Positions 1 to 10,175 of a stretch of 64,000 bases of DNA are shown here, piece by piece (positions within the stretch are counted from its first letter, which is position 1; every line of letters begins with the position of its first letter). The notes under the pieces are model-generated. The model saw only the letters and a list, made by a program, of their open reading frames with translations, was not told the DNA's origin and ran no database searches. A program made the position numbers and the translations under genes. The DNA is from an uncultured virus (IMG/VR IMGVR_UViG_3300025603_000008) (taxonomy: Duplodnaviria > Heunggongvirae > Uroviricota > Caudoviricetes), in the IMG/VR virus record IMGVR_UViG_3300025603_000008; one strand, given 5' to 3'.

Positions 1-18
1 TTCCCGATTATCAATGTT

Positions 19-276
19 ATGCCAAACCAATATAGCACCACCGAAAACGAGTGGGACTCTGTTGGAGACCAAATAAGGGCTAAAATCCCAATGAATGACC
101 ACGGTAAATTTCACGGAACCGTGCAAACTTTTTCAAATGGCAGACTCTTAGAGGAACGCCAGTACAAAGACGGAAAAAGTTATGGGGCAGCAGTCTTCTA
201 CGACATCTGCGGAAAACCTATGAATTTACGCATCCTGACAGATGTGGGCAATTTCGCCAACTTTAAATTCTCATAA
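19..276 (+). CDS. hypothetical protein with MORN-variant-like repeats (possibly 5'-truncated by window edge)
   Basis: GKFHGTVQTFSNGRLLEERQYKDGKSYG pattern. Confidence 0.5.
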   Translation: MPNQYSTTENEWDSVGDQIRAKIPMNDHGKFHGTVQTFSNGRLLEERQYKDGKSYGAAVFYDICGKPMNLRILTDVGNFANFKFS

Positions 277-295
277 AAGCATACACTCAAGCGAA

Positions 296-322
296 GAAAC
301 TTTTTTCGTTTATCACCGTATA
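296..322 (+). promoter_or_regulatory. class II ECF-type promoter GAAAC-N16-CGTATA
   Basis: Exact 16-nt spacer. Same motif at 2553, 6959, 9673, 17197, 18579, 31107, 31138, 36136, 39099, 45356, 55813, 61887. Confidence 0.7.
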
Positions 323-340
323 TTGTTATAAAAACCTAGA

Positions 341-802
341 ATGAATTATTACATCCCATTTGTCCTGCTTATTATGATTCTATTATCTTCCTTGATTTAT
401 TCTTTTTTTGAAGATAAATCTAAGAAGAAATCAATTATTTGTGCGGTTGTATCTTTGGGCTCAATATTATTACTGGGCCTGATGAGCATATTTGTGCACC
501 CAATGCTAGAGTCCAGCGCCAGATATAAACTAAGCGGAGAACTTAAAATTACATGGAATCAAGCAGATTCGGAATACTACATCAACCATTTAGGTCAACC
601 CATCAGGCTTAGAGACGCCTGCCCTGAGCAGGTTGGAGACTACATCTCAAAAGACAGAATCAAAGACATTCCATATGTCAGTGTCTATGAAAAAACTTAC
701 ATAAGTCAGTGGGGATTAATTTTATCTAATGAGCCCAAAACTCACTTTGTTCATGGAGCAGATGCAAGAATCAACCAATCAATAAAAGTAGAAATAAAAT
801 GA
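341..802 (+). CDS. 2-TM membrane protein, local paralog family
   Basis: Two N-terminal hydrophobic helices. Architecture shared with 2626 and 4703. Confidence 0.75.
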   Translation: MNYYIPFVLLIMILLSSLIYSFFEDKSKKKSIICAVVSLGSILLLGLMSIFVHPMLESSARYKLSGELKITWNQADSEYYINHLGQPIRLRDACPEQVGDYISKDRIKDIPYVSVYEKTYISQWGLILSNEPKTHFVHGADARINQSIKVEIK

Positions 803-1350
803 TACTCGAAAAAATAACAGAAGAAATTCTATACGGCCCTGCTGTTTTGATTATATCCACTATTCTAATAATAGTGGGAGCTATTATTTATTTTTCAGAT
901 AATCCTTTTCCTTCCTCGTTTAAATCAATGTGGAAGTTTATACCAGTTGTTTCCTTTTTAATAGGAATAGTCGGCGTAGCTGAGTGCATACACTCAGCTT
1001 CAAAAAAGGTTGAAATAAAAAAACGCCCAATCATGCGGATAGAAACTTTTCCTGTGGAGTTTCGCTCTGAAAACAACAAATTGTACGTATTTAAAAACGA
1101 AGCATACACTAAGGTTTCCCAACTAACCTCCGAGTTTGTAGCAAAAGACGACACATTGTTTATCTACCACTATGAAACAATAGGAGCAAAAATGTCTTGG
1201 GGCACAGACAGCTACATAGTCTTAAAAAAGCGACAAAACATTTTCTTGATTGACTCTCTTCAAGCCGTTAACGACAAAATAATGCTGGATATAAACCCTG
1301 CAGGAGGATTTATTGCAAGAAAAGACTCCACAGATAACGAAAATCATTGA
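799..1350 (+). CDS. 2-TM membrane protein
   Basis: Hydrophobic N-terminal helices, ATGA overlap with previous gene. Confidence 0.75.
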   Translation: MILEKITEEILYGPAVLIISTILIIVGAIIYFSDNPFPSSFKSMWKFIPVVSFLIGIVGVAECIHSASKKVEIKKRPIMRIETFPVEFRSENNKLYVFKNEAYTKVSQLTSEFVAKDDTLFIYHYETIGAKMSWGTDSYIVLKKRQNIFLIDSLQAVNDKIMLDINPAGGFIARKDSTDNENH

Positions 1351-1351
1351 C

Positions 1352-1828
1352 ATGACAAACACTTCACAACCCAAAAAGTCAACAGGTAAAGCAATTTGGG
1401 GAGGAATAAAAGATTTCTTCAGATTTCTGTTCTCAATAAAAACTCTTAAAGCAGTGGGTAATGGTATCTCCTGGTTTCTTCGAGGAGTATTCAGAGTTCT
1501 CGGTATAACCTATAAAGTAGGGATGTGGGTGTTCGGAATCATGACAGCGTTGTTCGGTTACGGAGTCTACAGCAGCGTCATGGCAGTCATAGGCATGGAA
1601 GGGTTGATTGTGTTCCCTCTTGCTTGGGGAGTTATCAAACTAGCTTTCTTCATAGCTGTGGCATACGGATGGTTTAGTTTCTGGATGGTCTCTCGACCTT
1701 ACCAAAAAGTTAAAGACATCAAAGAAAAGTCAGACATAGCTTTCACTGTTGGAAAAGCAGCTACTGAGATGGGAGTGAATGCGTACTCTAAATTTAAAGA
1801 AAAGAATAAAGTAAAAACGCCAAAATAG
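1352..1828 (+). CDS. membrane protein
   Basis: ATG right after previous stop, hydrophobic core. Confidence 0.7.
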   Translation: MTNTSQPKKSTGKAIWGGIKDFFRFLFSIKTLKAVGNGISWFLRGVFRVLGITYKVGMWVFGIMTALFGYGVYSSVMAVIGMEGLIVFPLAWGVIKLAFFIAVAYGWFSFWMVSRPYQKVKDIKEKSDIAFTVGKAATEMGVNAYSKFKEKNKVKTPK

Positions 1829-2554
1829 ATGAACAAAAAAGAGACAGCAGATGAGGGTCGAGACCACACCTGGAAGACCGCAGATGGGGCGCTTATTAAG
1901 CTTATAAATATGGATGCGTCTCATGTTCACAACTGTATTGGAATGATTAGAAGACGCGTGCGAAGAGAGATTGAGTCAGTCTTTAAGAACGGAAACGCTT
2001 TAAGAGTAGAAATAGCTGCGGCAGATGCTGTCGCTGTGACTTTGAAATCAATTAAAGGCTCATTAGGCGGAGACTTAGCCATGCAAATAAAGAAAAATAT
2101 TGAAACCGAATACAATAACACTCAGAAAGAAGTAACTGAACAACAGGTTGATGATGCTCTTTTAAATGACAAACCTTACCAGCATTTAACACATGAGATA
2201 AAGTGTCGAGAGCGCGACACCCAAGACAAGATTCAAGAAGCACTCGACAGCACTCCCCAGGAAAACTTTTTTGAATCCAAAGGAAAAGCTCAAATCACTA
2301 AGTTCTCCATGCGTCCAGACAGTTTGCCAATAGTGGCGTGCTGCAATTGCGATAAAGAAATATCCAGAAAAATAAAACAAGGAGATTATGTAGGGATAAA
2401 TGATGACCTCTTTCGTATTACATACATCTCTAGAACAGCTCAATCTGGAACTGGAAACGACTTGCTTGAGTTAACCTTAAATGCTCGAAGAAGCAGTGAA
2501 AAAGAATTGATTTTAAAAGCTTTAAAACCAGGGGAGTCTTACGATATTTATTGA
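1829..2554 (+). CDS. hypothetical protein
   Basis: 241-aa ORF abutting previous gene. Confidence 0.75.
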   Translation: MNKKETADEGRDHTWKTADGALIKLINMDASHVHNCIGMIRRRVRREIESVFKNGNALRVEIAAADAVAVTLKSIKGSLGGDLAMQIKKNIETEYNNTQKEVTEQQVDDALLNDKPYQHLTHEIKCRERDTQDKIQEALDSTPQENFFESKGKAQITKFSMRPDSLPIVACCNCDKEISRKIKQGDYVGINDDLFRITYISRTAQSGTGNDLLELTLNARRSSEKELILKALKPGESYDIY

Positions 2555-2579
2555 AACCTTTTTAGCAATCAAACGTATA
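2553..2579 (+). promoter_or_regulatory. class II ECF-type promoter TGAAAC-N16-CGTATA
   Basis: gaaac-ctttttagcaatcaaa-cgtata upstream of 2626. Confidence 0.7.
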
Positions 2580-2625
2580 CTAATTGAATGCGCAATCAAC
2601 ATAGAGCGTAATTAAAAATATAAAA

Positions 2626-3099
2626 ATGATAGATATCTTTATACCCTTATTAGTGCTTACTTTTTGTGTGATTATCGGCATGAAAATTGGGTTCAATTCT
2701 ACAAATAGAAAAATAATAATTATCGCTGGCTGGTTACTAGCTGTAACATCGCTTTTTACTTTTGTAGCACTATCATCTCGTTGGAGTGCTGTTGCGAATT
2801 ATAATTCGCAACAGTTTGAACTTGTCGAAAAACTCCCTCTGGAATGGAGCAAGTCTCAACAAGCTTATTTCTTTAAACATGATTCGAACTGGAAATCAGC
2901 AGAAGTGTTTATAGATTTTTTTGACGAAAGAATGGTGCAGAAAAACAGCGATTACGATTCTTGCATGGTTTATCAAGTATTCAAACCTCAGGTGTGGGGG
3001 CTTTTCAGCGCAGATTGGTGGGGCAATAAGTTCGAGTATCGACAATCAGAAGACATTCTTCTTATTTCAAGAGAAATGAAAACAATTGAAGTAAAGTGA
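2626..3099 (+). CDS. 2-TM membrane protein, local paralog family
   Basis: Similar layout to 341..802. Confidence 0.75.
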   Translation: MIDIFIPLLVLTFCVIIGMKIGFNSTNRKIIIIAGWLLAVTSLFTFVALSSRWSAVANYNSQQFELVEKLPLEWSKSQQAYFFKHDSNWKSAEVFIDFFDERMVQKNSDYDSCMVYQVFKPQVWGLFSADWWGNKFEYRQSEDILLISREMKTIEVK

Positions 3100-3842
3100 A
3101 AAATAATTCAGAACTAATATCGGTTTACAAAGACACAAAGAATCAGTTTAACGGTGTTCCATGTCTAGCTGAAACTAGAGTTGTTGGTCTTGATGTTTTA
3201 AAAAACTCAGTGATTAGAGTTGAGAATACAGACACCGTATCAGCAATTATTGAGGCCTCAGAAAACAACAAACGCTCCTGCGCCTTAAACATGGCCTCCT
3301 ACAGAAAGCCTGGAGGTGGAGTTGAAAATGGAGCCCAGGCTCAAGAGGAAGCTTTGTTTCGCTGTTCAAACCTCTTTAAAACCATGCTGAAGCCAATGTA
3401 TCCTCTTCAGTCAGGAGAATTCCTTTATTCCAACGATGTAACTTTCGTGAAAGATTTTCACTATAAAAATATCCCGTGGGTAACATCTGATGTTGTGTCG
3501 GTTCCCGCTATCAACTTAAATAGCAAATCATACTACGACCCCTTAGCTGAGAGTTGGGTAGATTGCATCGAGGGAAAGCCTTCAGGATATGAAACCATCA
3601 CAAAAGCGAAAATAAGAGCGATGCTTATTTCTGCAAAAAACTTTGATGTCAAGTGTATGATACTTGGAGCTTGGGGGTGTGGAGTATTTAAAAATAACCC
3701 TGAAGACATGGCTAGAATGTTTAAAGAGGTTTTGATGGATGAAAGCTACGCAACGCTATTTGATGAAGTGGTGTTTCCAATAATTAATGACCACAACTCA
3801 CATGGAAGTAATTATGAGGTTTTTAAATCAATACTGGCATGA
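3096..3842 (+). CDS. TIGR02452/DUF2263-like macrodomain protein (microbial-type PAR glycohydrolase)
   Basis: LNMAS..KPGGGV.NGAQAQEEAL.R.S.L and ILGAWGCGVFKNNP motifs. Confidence 0.85.
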   Translation: MKNNSELISVYKDTKNQFNGVPCLAETRVVGLDVLKNSVIRVENTDTVSAIIEASENNKRSCALNMASYRKPGGGVENGAQAQEEALFRCSNLFKTMLKPMYPLQSGEFLYSNDVTFVKDFHYKNIPWVTSDVVSVPAINLNSKSYYDPLAESWVDCIEGKPSGYETITKAKIRAMLISAKNFDVKCMILGAWGCGVFKNNPEDMARMFKEVLMDESYATLFDEVVFPIINDHNSHGSNYEVFKSILA

Positions 3843-4225
3843 AAAATAGATTAGAAGAGTATGTTAGGGCGATAATTAATGCAGAGCAAACAAAGATGGT
3901 AAAGTCAATATCTTTAGTTGCGATGGTGGTGATTATCATATCTGTATTTTTTGCAATGCTTATTGCGGTTTCCTCCGAACCAGTGATTTTAGGTTCTTCA
4001 ATTATCATAGCCGTTAGCATACTTGCTCTAATACTCCACAACAAATACAGCAAAGAACAAAAAATTGCAGAGCAGAAACGAGATTTACTTCATCCTACCG
4101 ATGGAGAAGAGGGAGCTTTGTTTGTTGCTAAGAAAAAAATAAACGAAATATTTACTGGGACCTTAGACGAGATAATCAAAAGCGTCAGAACCAAAGATGA
4201 CCTAGATGAAAGAGATAGTAATTGA
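3839..4225 (+). CDS. membrane protein
   Basis: Two hydrophobic helices. Confidence 0.7.
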   Translation: MKNRLEEYVRAIINAEQTKMVKSISLVAMVVIIISVFFAMLIAVSSEPVILGSSIIIAVSILALILHNKYSKEQKIAEQKRDLLHPTDGEEGALFVAKKKINEIFTGTLDEIIKSVRTKDDLDERDSN

Positions 4226-4698
4226 ATTAATTGGCCTTGGAGCAGCAATAGTGATTGGGGCATTTATCGCTAGCTGTTTTACGTTTAATAGCAATGAGGG
4301 CATTAAATACATAAATAAATTTATACTTGTACTCATTGCCCCTGCGATTATCAGCATCTTAGTACTTTATATCTTTAAGATGGAGAAAAAAACTCCTAAG
4401 TACGAAGTCGTTAGGAGCCTAAAGGTGGTTGACAAGGTTTATCCTGGATACGTATATGGACTTAATCAATACACAATAAACTTTGATGGTCGAGACATGC
4501 CAGTCGATGCAAGGCTATTATAGTGATTCAGCAGCTGTTAAAGGCGGAGTCAGTATATATAAAAAAGTGCGAACCCCAATATGGGGATTTATTGAAGCTT
4601 ATTACGATGATGATTATATTTTTTCCTTATGCATGACCGAGGAAATTAGTCGTGGTTTAAAAATAGTTGAGGAAATCGAGTTAAAAACTAAAAATTAA
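4206..4698 (+). pseudogene. probable frameshifted 2-TM family member (ORFs 4206..4523 + 4483..4698)
   Basis: Two overlapping ORFs together match the length and layout of 341/2626/4703. Confidence 0.5.
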
Positions 4699-4702
4699 AA
4701 AA

Positions 4703-5161
4703 ATGAATTACTATCTCTTTCATCTAATTTTATTTATTTTTTCAGTTTCTATTTTTATTTTTACTGCTAAAGTAGCAAAATCAGGAACTGACCACCCGTT
4801 AAGTGTTACAACGTTTTTTATAACGGCTTTTGTTGGGATTGCGCCCTTCTTTCTTCAAGAGACTATTTTTAACTTTAGCGAGCCTATTTGCATTAAACAA
4901 ATAGAAAAAGTTAAGATAGATTATTCTTGGAAACAACAAGGGAATACATTCTTTCATAACAAAAAAACTCACAGCATAAAAACCATTATTGACTACAGAA
5001 GAATCGACATAAACAACCCCCCCGATAGTGTTATTGCTTTCGAATATGTTTATGAAAATATCTGGATTATTGAACCATCACAGAGTTTTTTTGTATATTC
5101 GGCGTTTCCAACAAAATACACAACAGAAGGAGCTTGTATAACACATGTAGAGACAAAATGA
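4703..5161 (+). CDS. 2-TM membrane protein, local paralog family
   Basis: MNYY start as in 341, two TM helices. Confidence 0.75.
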   Translation: MNYYLFHLILFIFSVSIFIFTAKVAKSGTDHPLSVTTFFITAFVGIAPFFLQETIFNFSEPICIKQIEKVKIDYSWKQQGNTFFHNKKTHSIKTIIDYRRIDINNPPDSVIAFEYVYENIWIIEPSQSFFVYSAFPTKYTTEGACITHVETK

Positions 5162-5463
5162 AAATTTTAACAAAAAAAATAAAGAAAGTTTTAACGTGGG
5201 AAGACTTTAAAAATGGACTGTCTAGAGCTGGGTTTAATAATGAATCTAATCAGCTTTATCGCCCCGAATGGATGTGCACTAAAACTCATGACGGTGTCTT
5301 TATGCTAGCCGTTCCTGGAGACGAAAACAAAAAATCAATTGTTGGCTCTAATGTGTTAAAAGGCGATATTCACTACGTGTGGTTTTCCGTAAAAGTCGAG
5401 GAGTTTGGTAAAAAAATTAAGTATAACACGAGCCCAGTGTTTCCAGCATCCATGTTAGCATGA
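5158..5463 (+). CDS. hypothetical protein
   Basis: ATGA overlap start. Confidence 0.65.
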   Translation: MKILTKKIKKVLTWEDFKNGLSRAGFNNESNQLYRPEWMCTKTHDGVFMLAVPGDENKKSIVGSNVLKGDIHYVWFSVKVEEFGKKIKYNTSPVFPASMLA

Positions 5464-5505
5464 GAGAAAAAGCATATCTTTGTTTACGAATATAATCGAT
5501 AAAAC

Positions 5506-5958
5506 ATGAAAAATATTATTACTACGCTATTGCTAGGTTTTTTTGCAATTGGACTACAAGCACAAACAAGCCTAGAGTATCCTATGCCGTGTTTTACAAA
5601 CATGCCAACAGGAGACATTTTTTACTCGGTCTCTACCAATAATATTTATCAACATAATAAAGTTGAGCGAATAATTGTAAAGGCAGAAGAAGAGATATTC
5701 TGCTACTGCATTTATTATAAAAACTTCGAGCCAAATTCATACCAGAAATGTCTAGTTGCAGATAGCTCGTGTTCCCCCTCTAGTTTGATTTATCATTATT
5801 CCATCGATGGAGGTTTTTATAGTTCAGATAAAAAAGAAACCCTAGCTTCGGCAAAAGTCGACATGGAAGAAGTATCTGGGTGGGCAATGAAGTTTGACGC
5901 GTACATTAAAGACATGGCCCTTCGCTCTGAAGTTGAAAACCCCTCAGCATCTAAATAG
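5506..5958 (+). CDS. secreted protein (signal peptide)
   Basis: MKNIITTLLLGFFAIGLQAQ. Upstream TATCTTTG Bacteroidota-type -7 box. Confidence 0.7.
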   Translation: MKNIITTLLLGFFAIGLQAQTSLEYPMPCFTNMPTGDIFYSVSTNNIYQHNKVERIIVKAEEEIFCYCIYYKNFEPNSYQKCLVADSSCSPSSLIYHYSIDGGFYSSDKKETLASAKVDMEEVSGWAMKFDAYIKDMALRSEVENPSASK

Positions 5959-6260
5959 TGAAACTTAACAAAAGCATTAGCAAATGTTTCATATCAGTTT
6001 TCTATGAAGACTATATTAAAAACCTGCGCCATCACTCTAGTTTTCAACTTGAAAGAAAAGCCCCCGTATCAATCTTCTATCATTACTCTGGCAATTTTAG
6101 AATTGAACTTAAAAAAGCAACTAGAGATACTAGGTACATGAAGATGAAAATTGTGTATTGCCCTGTTATTCTGGATTCAGACTTCAACGTGAAACAATCC
6201 CTCTTTTTAGTTGGCTATCTATTAAACGTTCCTAATACGCCTATCTTGAGGCATAAATAA
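5958..6260 (+). CDS. hypothetical protein (M[KR]LK-start family)
   Basis: Coupled ORF. Confidence 0.55.
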   Translation: MKLNKSISKCFISVFYEDYIKNLRHHSSFQLERKAPVSIFYHYSGNFRIELKKATRDTRYMKMKIVYCPVILDSDFNVKQSLFLVGYLLNVPNTPILRHK

Positions 6261-6266
6261 TTTTAC

Positions 6267-6659
6267 ATGAATTTTACAAAACAACATTCAGCTCTATCCA
6301 AACTAGTCTTTTATGATGATATTATAGAGCATTTTGAAACCCTAAAAGAGTATCGGGTTTTTGATGAAAGAAGTAGGTATTTTTGGCACAAATCAGGAAC
6401 GCACTTCTTTTTAGTTAAACCCTTAGAAGGCCCTAAACATGCAGAAGTGGAATTGGTTGCATGCAACCAATTCCACTTCTTCAGCTCAACATGGGGACAC
6501 GTAAATCAACACAATAATGTTGTAACTTTCTTATTATCGCCTAGAGGCCCAGAGCCTAAGTTAAACAACTCTATAGATATCATGCCACTTCAAATTTCTG
6601 CACAAGCTCCTGAATCAGCTCCTAGTAAAATCAAAGATATTTTAAGTTTTTTAAGATGA
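6267..6659 (+). CDS. hypothetical protein
   Basis: Coupled ORF. Confidence 0.6.
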   Translation: MNFTKQHSALSKLVFYDDIIEHFETLKEYRVFDERSRYFWHKSGTHFFLVKPLEGPKHAEVELVACNQFHFFSSTWGHVNQHNNVVTFLLSPRGPEPKLNNSIDIMPLQISAQAPESAPSKIKDILSFLR

Positions 6660-6889
6660 ATCTGAAGTCAGAAAATACATTTGAGGAGCTAGCTAAACAA
6701 GCTAATCACTTCAGGCATGAGACGTATAAACTAAGGGATTATATGTTTTTAGTGAGCAGTTGCGAGACAACAGGGGTGCTGTTGAGCAACGATGGTGCTA
6801 GATTAGATATAAGAGCTGATAATAACTGGATTTTCTTAGCGCTTATGGACCAGAGCCAATACCATATTCAACTAAAGCTAAAACAGTGA
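6656..6889 (+). CDS. hypothetical protein (MNLK start)
   Basis: ATGA overlap. Confidence 0.55.
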   Translation: MNLKSENTFEELAKQANHFRHETYKLRDYMFLVSSCETTGVLLSNDGARLDIRADNNWIFLALMDQSQYHIQLKLKQ

Positions 6890-7020
6890 AGCTAGCATTG
6901 GGATAAATACAAACAGAACCCCCGAAAGGGATTGAATGTCCAGATTTTATTAGACGATGAAACTTTTTTACTTACTCTACGTATAATACCCAGGATATAA
7001 AAAGTTTAATAGCAAATATA

Positions 7021-7242
7021 ATGAAAGGGTTTATTGACGTAGAGAAAAGTTTGGAAGAAATTTTGGGAAAAAAAGACGACCGTTATGGAGTTAGTGAGTA
7101 TTGGAAATTTCCTCTAACCATAAACAAGATATCCGCGTCTGTCTCATTGTTAAATGCAAGAAGTGAAAAGAAAGTGGTGCATTTAAAAAACAGAGAAACC
7201 AGAAGTAAGTCTAGTTTTCTCGTTCAATTAACGTGTAAATGA
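7021..7242 (+). CDS. hypothetical protein
   Basis: Downstream of class II promoter 6959-6985. Confidence 0.55.
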   Translation: MKGFIDVEKSLEEILGKKDDRYGVSEYWKFPLTINKISASVSLLNARSEKKVVHLKNRETRSKSSFLVQLTCK

Positions 7243-7469
7243 GACTAAAAGTTCCTGTTCGGATTTATGCAGAAAGCAATAGATATTCTGAAATGTCCAA
7301 ATATGCTTCTCGTTGGAATGGGACGGATTCTGGATGGGTGATGTGTGTAGAAAGCGTTAGAGCTCCTCTTTGGTATATCGCAAAAGCAGTTCCACATACA
7401 AAAGAATTTCCAAATGAAGACCCAATTTTTCTAATAAAACTATGCGGTTCAAAGCCAATGTCGATATAA
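7239..7469 (+). CDS. hypothetical protein (MRLK family)
   Basis: ATGA overlap. Confidence 0.55.
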   Translation: MRLKVPVRIYAESNRYSEMSKYASRWNGTDSGWVMCVESVRAPLWYIAKAVPHTKEFPNEDPIFLIKLCGSKPMSI

Positions 7470-7708
7470 CCCCGCTGGGGATACAAAAACGTTTGCGTCT
7501 CTGCAGTCTGAGAAGCACACCTCGTTGGGGGAGTGGTTTCACATCTCTAATGTTGTGGGGATATGAAATAATTTCTCAAGCAAAGAATGATAAACTTTTT
7601 ATCCATATTACAAATCAAAATTTTATACTCAAAAATAATAAGAATGCGCGGCAAAGACGTACCGCGCAAAACACATTAATCACTCTAGTGTGGAAGGGCT
7701 TTAAATAA
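7442..7708 (+). CDS. hypothetical protein (MRFK start)
   Basis: Overlapping tandem ORF. Confidence 0.5.
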   Translation: MRFKANVDITPLGIQKRLRLCSLRSTPRWGSGFTSLMLWGYEIISQAKNDKLFIHITNQNFILKNNKNARQRRTAQNTLITLVWKGFK

Positions 7709-7825
7709 ATGCTGAAACCTTTTCAGAAACTCTACCCATGTTTTACAATGAATCTAATAAACACAAATCATACAATCGTACATCACAGGAATAATGCCTT
7801 CGGAGCACATGAAACTCGTATTCAA

Positions 7826-8029
7826 ATGAAGCTAAAGAAACCTATGCGCCTTGTCGACCTAGCCAACCTTCCTGGTGTGACCGATTCCAATTTTATGCTT
7901 TCCTGGGTACAGCTAGATAAGCTTTTTTTAAGCATACACAACGGCGATTTAATCATTGCTTGGGACCCGAAAGGCTTTACTGTGGGGCCATTTAGTGATG
8001 GCAAAATAACTCTGCGCCCATGCGTTTGA
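7826..8029 (+). CDS. hypothetical protein (MKLK start)
   Basis: Internal ATG matches family N-terminus. Confidence 0.45.
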   Translation: MKLKKPMRLVDLANLPGVTDSNFMLSWVQLDKLFLSIHNGDLIIAWDPKGFTVGPFSDGKITLRPCV

Positions 8030-8286
8030 AACTCCCAAACCCACCCGACCCAAAAGATTTTTTCAGGCAAAAGTTAATGTTCGAAGTGCATTTGGCGCTG
8101 AAAGACAAGTTCGAACATAAAATAGACTCATTCGAGGACTCCGCAGGAAACTTGTTTTTAGAATCAAAAACCTTAGACATAACCTATCACACGATTAGTG
8201 ACTCTATTGAGTTTATAGCCCGACAAATGGGCCGTGAGGGAAATTTAGCAGGCGAGGCCCTGCTGTTTAGTTTAGAACTAAAATAG
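8020..8286 (+). CDS. hypothetical protein (MRLK family)
   Basis: Overlapping tandem ORF. Confidence 0.55.
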   Translation: MRLKLPNPPDPKDFFRQKLMFEVHLALKDKFEHKIDSFEDSAGNLFLESKTLDITYHTISDSIEFIARQMGREGNLAGEALLFSLELK

Positions 8287-8422
8287 GCGACTAAAGACTG
8301 ACCCCATTCTGGCTAATGTTGGGCACGGAAACACCTGTCACAGCCCCTTAGGGCAATGTTCGCTCCTGGGACGCCCCCTTTTATCATTCTGTGATTTAAA
8401 ACAATCCACCCTATTTAGATAT

Positions 8423-9094
8423 GTGCACATTCGTAAATACATCCGCAATATCCTCTGGGAGCAATTCATCGAGGAAGACTACCCAGCATCGTTCAATATG
8501 GACGAGTTCAAAATGCTGCGTTCGTTTAACGCAAGGATAAACTATTCCCAAGCCAGATTGAAGAGAATATCAAGCGGTTCCTCAAGGATTGTGTATCAAA
8601 TAGATGACGAGCTGGTTTTGAAACTCGCTAGAAACGTAAAGGGTCTGGCGCAAAACGAAGCAGAAGTCACAGCGGCAGAAGACTCCTCCTTACAGACATA
8701 TGGTCTCACTGCGAACATCAAAGAACACAGTCGTGAATTTACTTGGGTGGAAATGGAATTAGCTTCCAGACTCACCGAGAAAAAATTCAAAGCAATCACA
8801 GGCTACCTTTGGACAGATTTCCAGAAAGCCTTGCATGATTATGGATTCAAAGTAAATGGTAGAAAAGGAGAATACCACAACGAGTCTGATTTGGACCCCT
8901 CGATTTATGAAGATATGTGGGAGAACGAATTCACCTACGGAGTATTCGATTACATCGGAAACTTTGCAGTACCCACAAGAGACTTGCAGAGGTTATCTAG
9001 CTGGGGAATCGTGCAAAGAGATGGAGACACAGAGATTGTTATGGTGGATTACGGTCTCACCAAAGATGTGCACTCCGCCCACTACGCCCACTAG
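8423..9094 (+). CDS. protein-kinase-like fold protein, possibly virion-associated
   Basis: SGSSRIVY (Gly loop), VLKLA, DL...SWG, VDYG motifs. IRNILWE N-terminus and upstream TATTTA. Confidence 0.6.
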   Translation: MHIRKYIRNILWEQFIEEDYPASFNMDEFKMLRSFNARINYSQARLKRISSGSSRIVYQIDDELVLKLARNVKGLAQNEAEVTAAEDSSLQTYGLTANIKEHSREFTWVEMELASRLTEKKFKAITGYLWTDFQKALHDYGFKVNGRKGEYHNESDLDPSIYEDMWENEFTYGVFDYIGNFAVPTRDLQRLSSWGIVQRDGDTEIVMVDYGLTKDVHSAHYAH

Positions 9095-9401
9095 GCATGC
9101 TGTTAAAAAAAACCCAGAAGAATTAAAAACAATATTAACATTCAAAAAAAAGTCGGTTCACGCAAATTTTTTTTGAATCTTTTCTATAGTTGTGGTTCCC
9201 AAACCTCCGTTTTTCATTATATTTGAGGAATGCGTTATAAAACCAATCCCCTCTTGGCTCTTCGCGCCAACCTGGAGCCTGAGTGGGTCCAGTTATGAGA
9301 TTCAAAACCTATTTGGCCGATACCATATTGACCGTATGGATTATCGTTTTAAACTCACACCAAGAGCTTGATTTTTAGAAACTTTCTTGCTATCATAGGC
9401 A

Positions 9402-9674
9402 ATGAAAGCAAAGAAAGGAATCAATAAGAATACCGTGTATACGGCGCTGGTTAGAAACGGTTTGGAAGTGATGGTGGTAGGTGGCTCAAGTATGGCAGTT
9501 TTCCACAAAAAAGGAACACCTGAGCAACTGAAATTGGATGACAAACAACACAGATACCGAGTGCATAGGAATGTGGTCGGTAAAGACTGGCGCGGAAGAC
9601 CAAGACTGAATCTTAACCACGTGTTTTCTTTGCAATGGTTTGCAAGTGGAAAAATACCCAAGAGAAGAAAATGA
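9402..9674 (+). CDS. basic hypothetical protein
   Basis: ORF. Confidence 0.55.
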   Translation: MKAKKGINKNTVYTALVRNGLEVMVVGGSSMAVFHKKGTPEQLKLDDKQHRYRVHRNVVGKDWRGRPRLNLNHVFSLQWFASGKIPKRRK

Positions 9675-9705
9675 AACCAATTTAGATTCCCCACGTATAT
9701 TGGTT

Positions 9706-9984
9706 ATGCAATTAAAAACAACCCATAAAGACCTGCCTGGGCACATGCTTGCGTGTGGATTCAAGTGTATACAGGAGATTGATTACAAATCTTTGTTCGA
9801 CTTGGTCCCAGGAAGAGTCAGCCTGTTTGATATATCTCTTCTCGAAGAAGGAAAAAAAAGGTTTTTTAGAACCCAGAGCAGTTCTGGGAGCAGAGCTGAG
9901 CATCAACGATGGATAGGAGTGGCTAGTATAGAAAAACTCAACCAAAATAAAGCTGACCACGCTTTCAAATTGATTTTGGTGTGA
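9706..9984 (+). CDS. hypothetical protein (MQLK start)
   Basis: ATG 6 nt after class II promoter 9673-9699. Confidence 0.55.
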   Translation: MQLKTTHKDLPGHMLACGFKCIQEIDYKSLFDLVPGRVSLFDISLLEEGKKRFFRTQSSSGSRAEHQRWIGVASIEKLNQNKADHAFKLILV

Positions 9985-10175
9985 GACTAAAGGAACCATT
10001 CATGAAAGCATTTCAAAGCCTATCTGGGGAAGTCAGAGATACGATGTTTTTGCTGCCTATAACTCAGCCAGGAAGTCACGACAAAAATGTGTTTGATGTA
10101 AAATTCTATCCAGACAAAAAGTCCTTTAATTGTTTGTTTTTGTTCAGCCGCTTAAATATCAAAAAATGCGACTAA
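9981..10175 (+). CDS. hypothetical protein (MRLK family)
   Basis: GTGA overlap. Confidence 0.5.
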   Translation: MRLKEPFMKAFQSLSGEVRDTMFLLPITQPGSHDKNVFDVKFYPDKKSFNCLFLFSRLNIKKCD

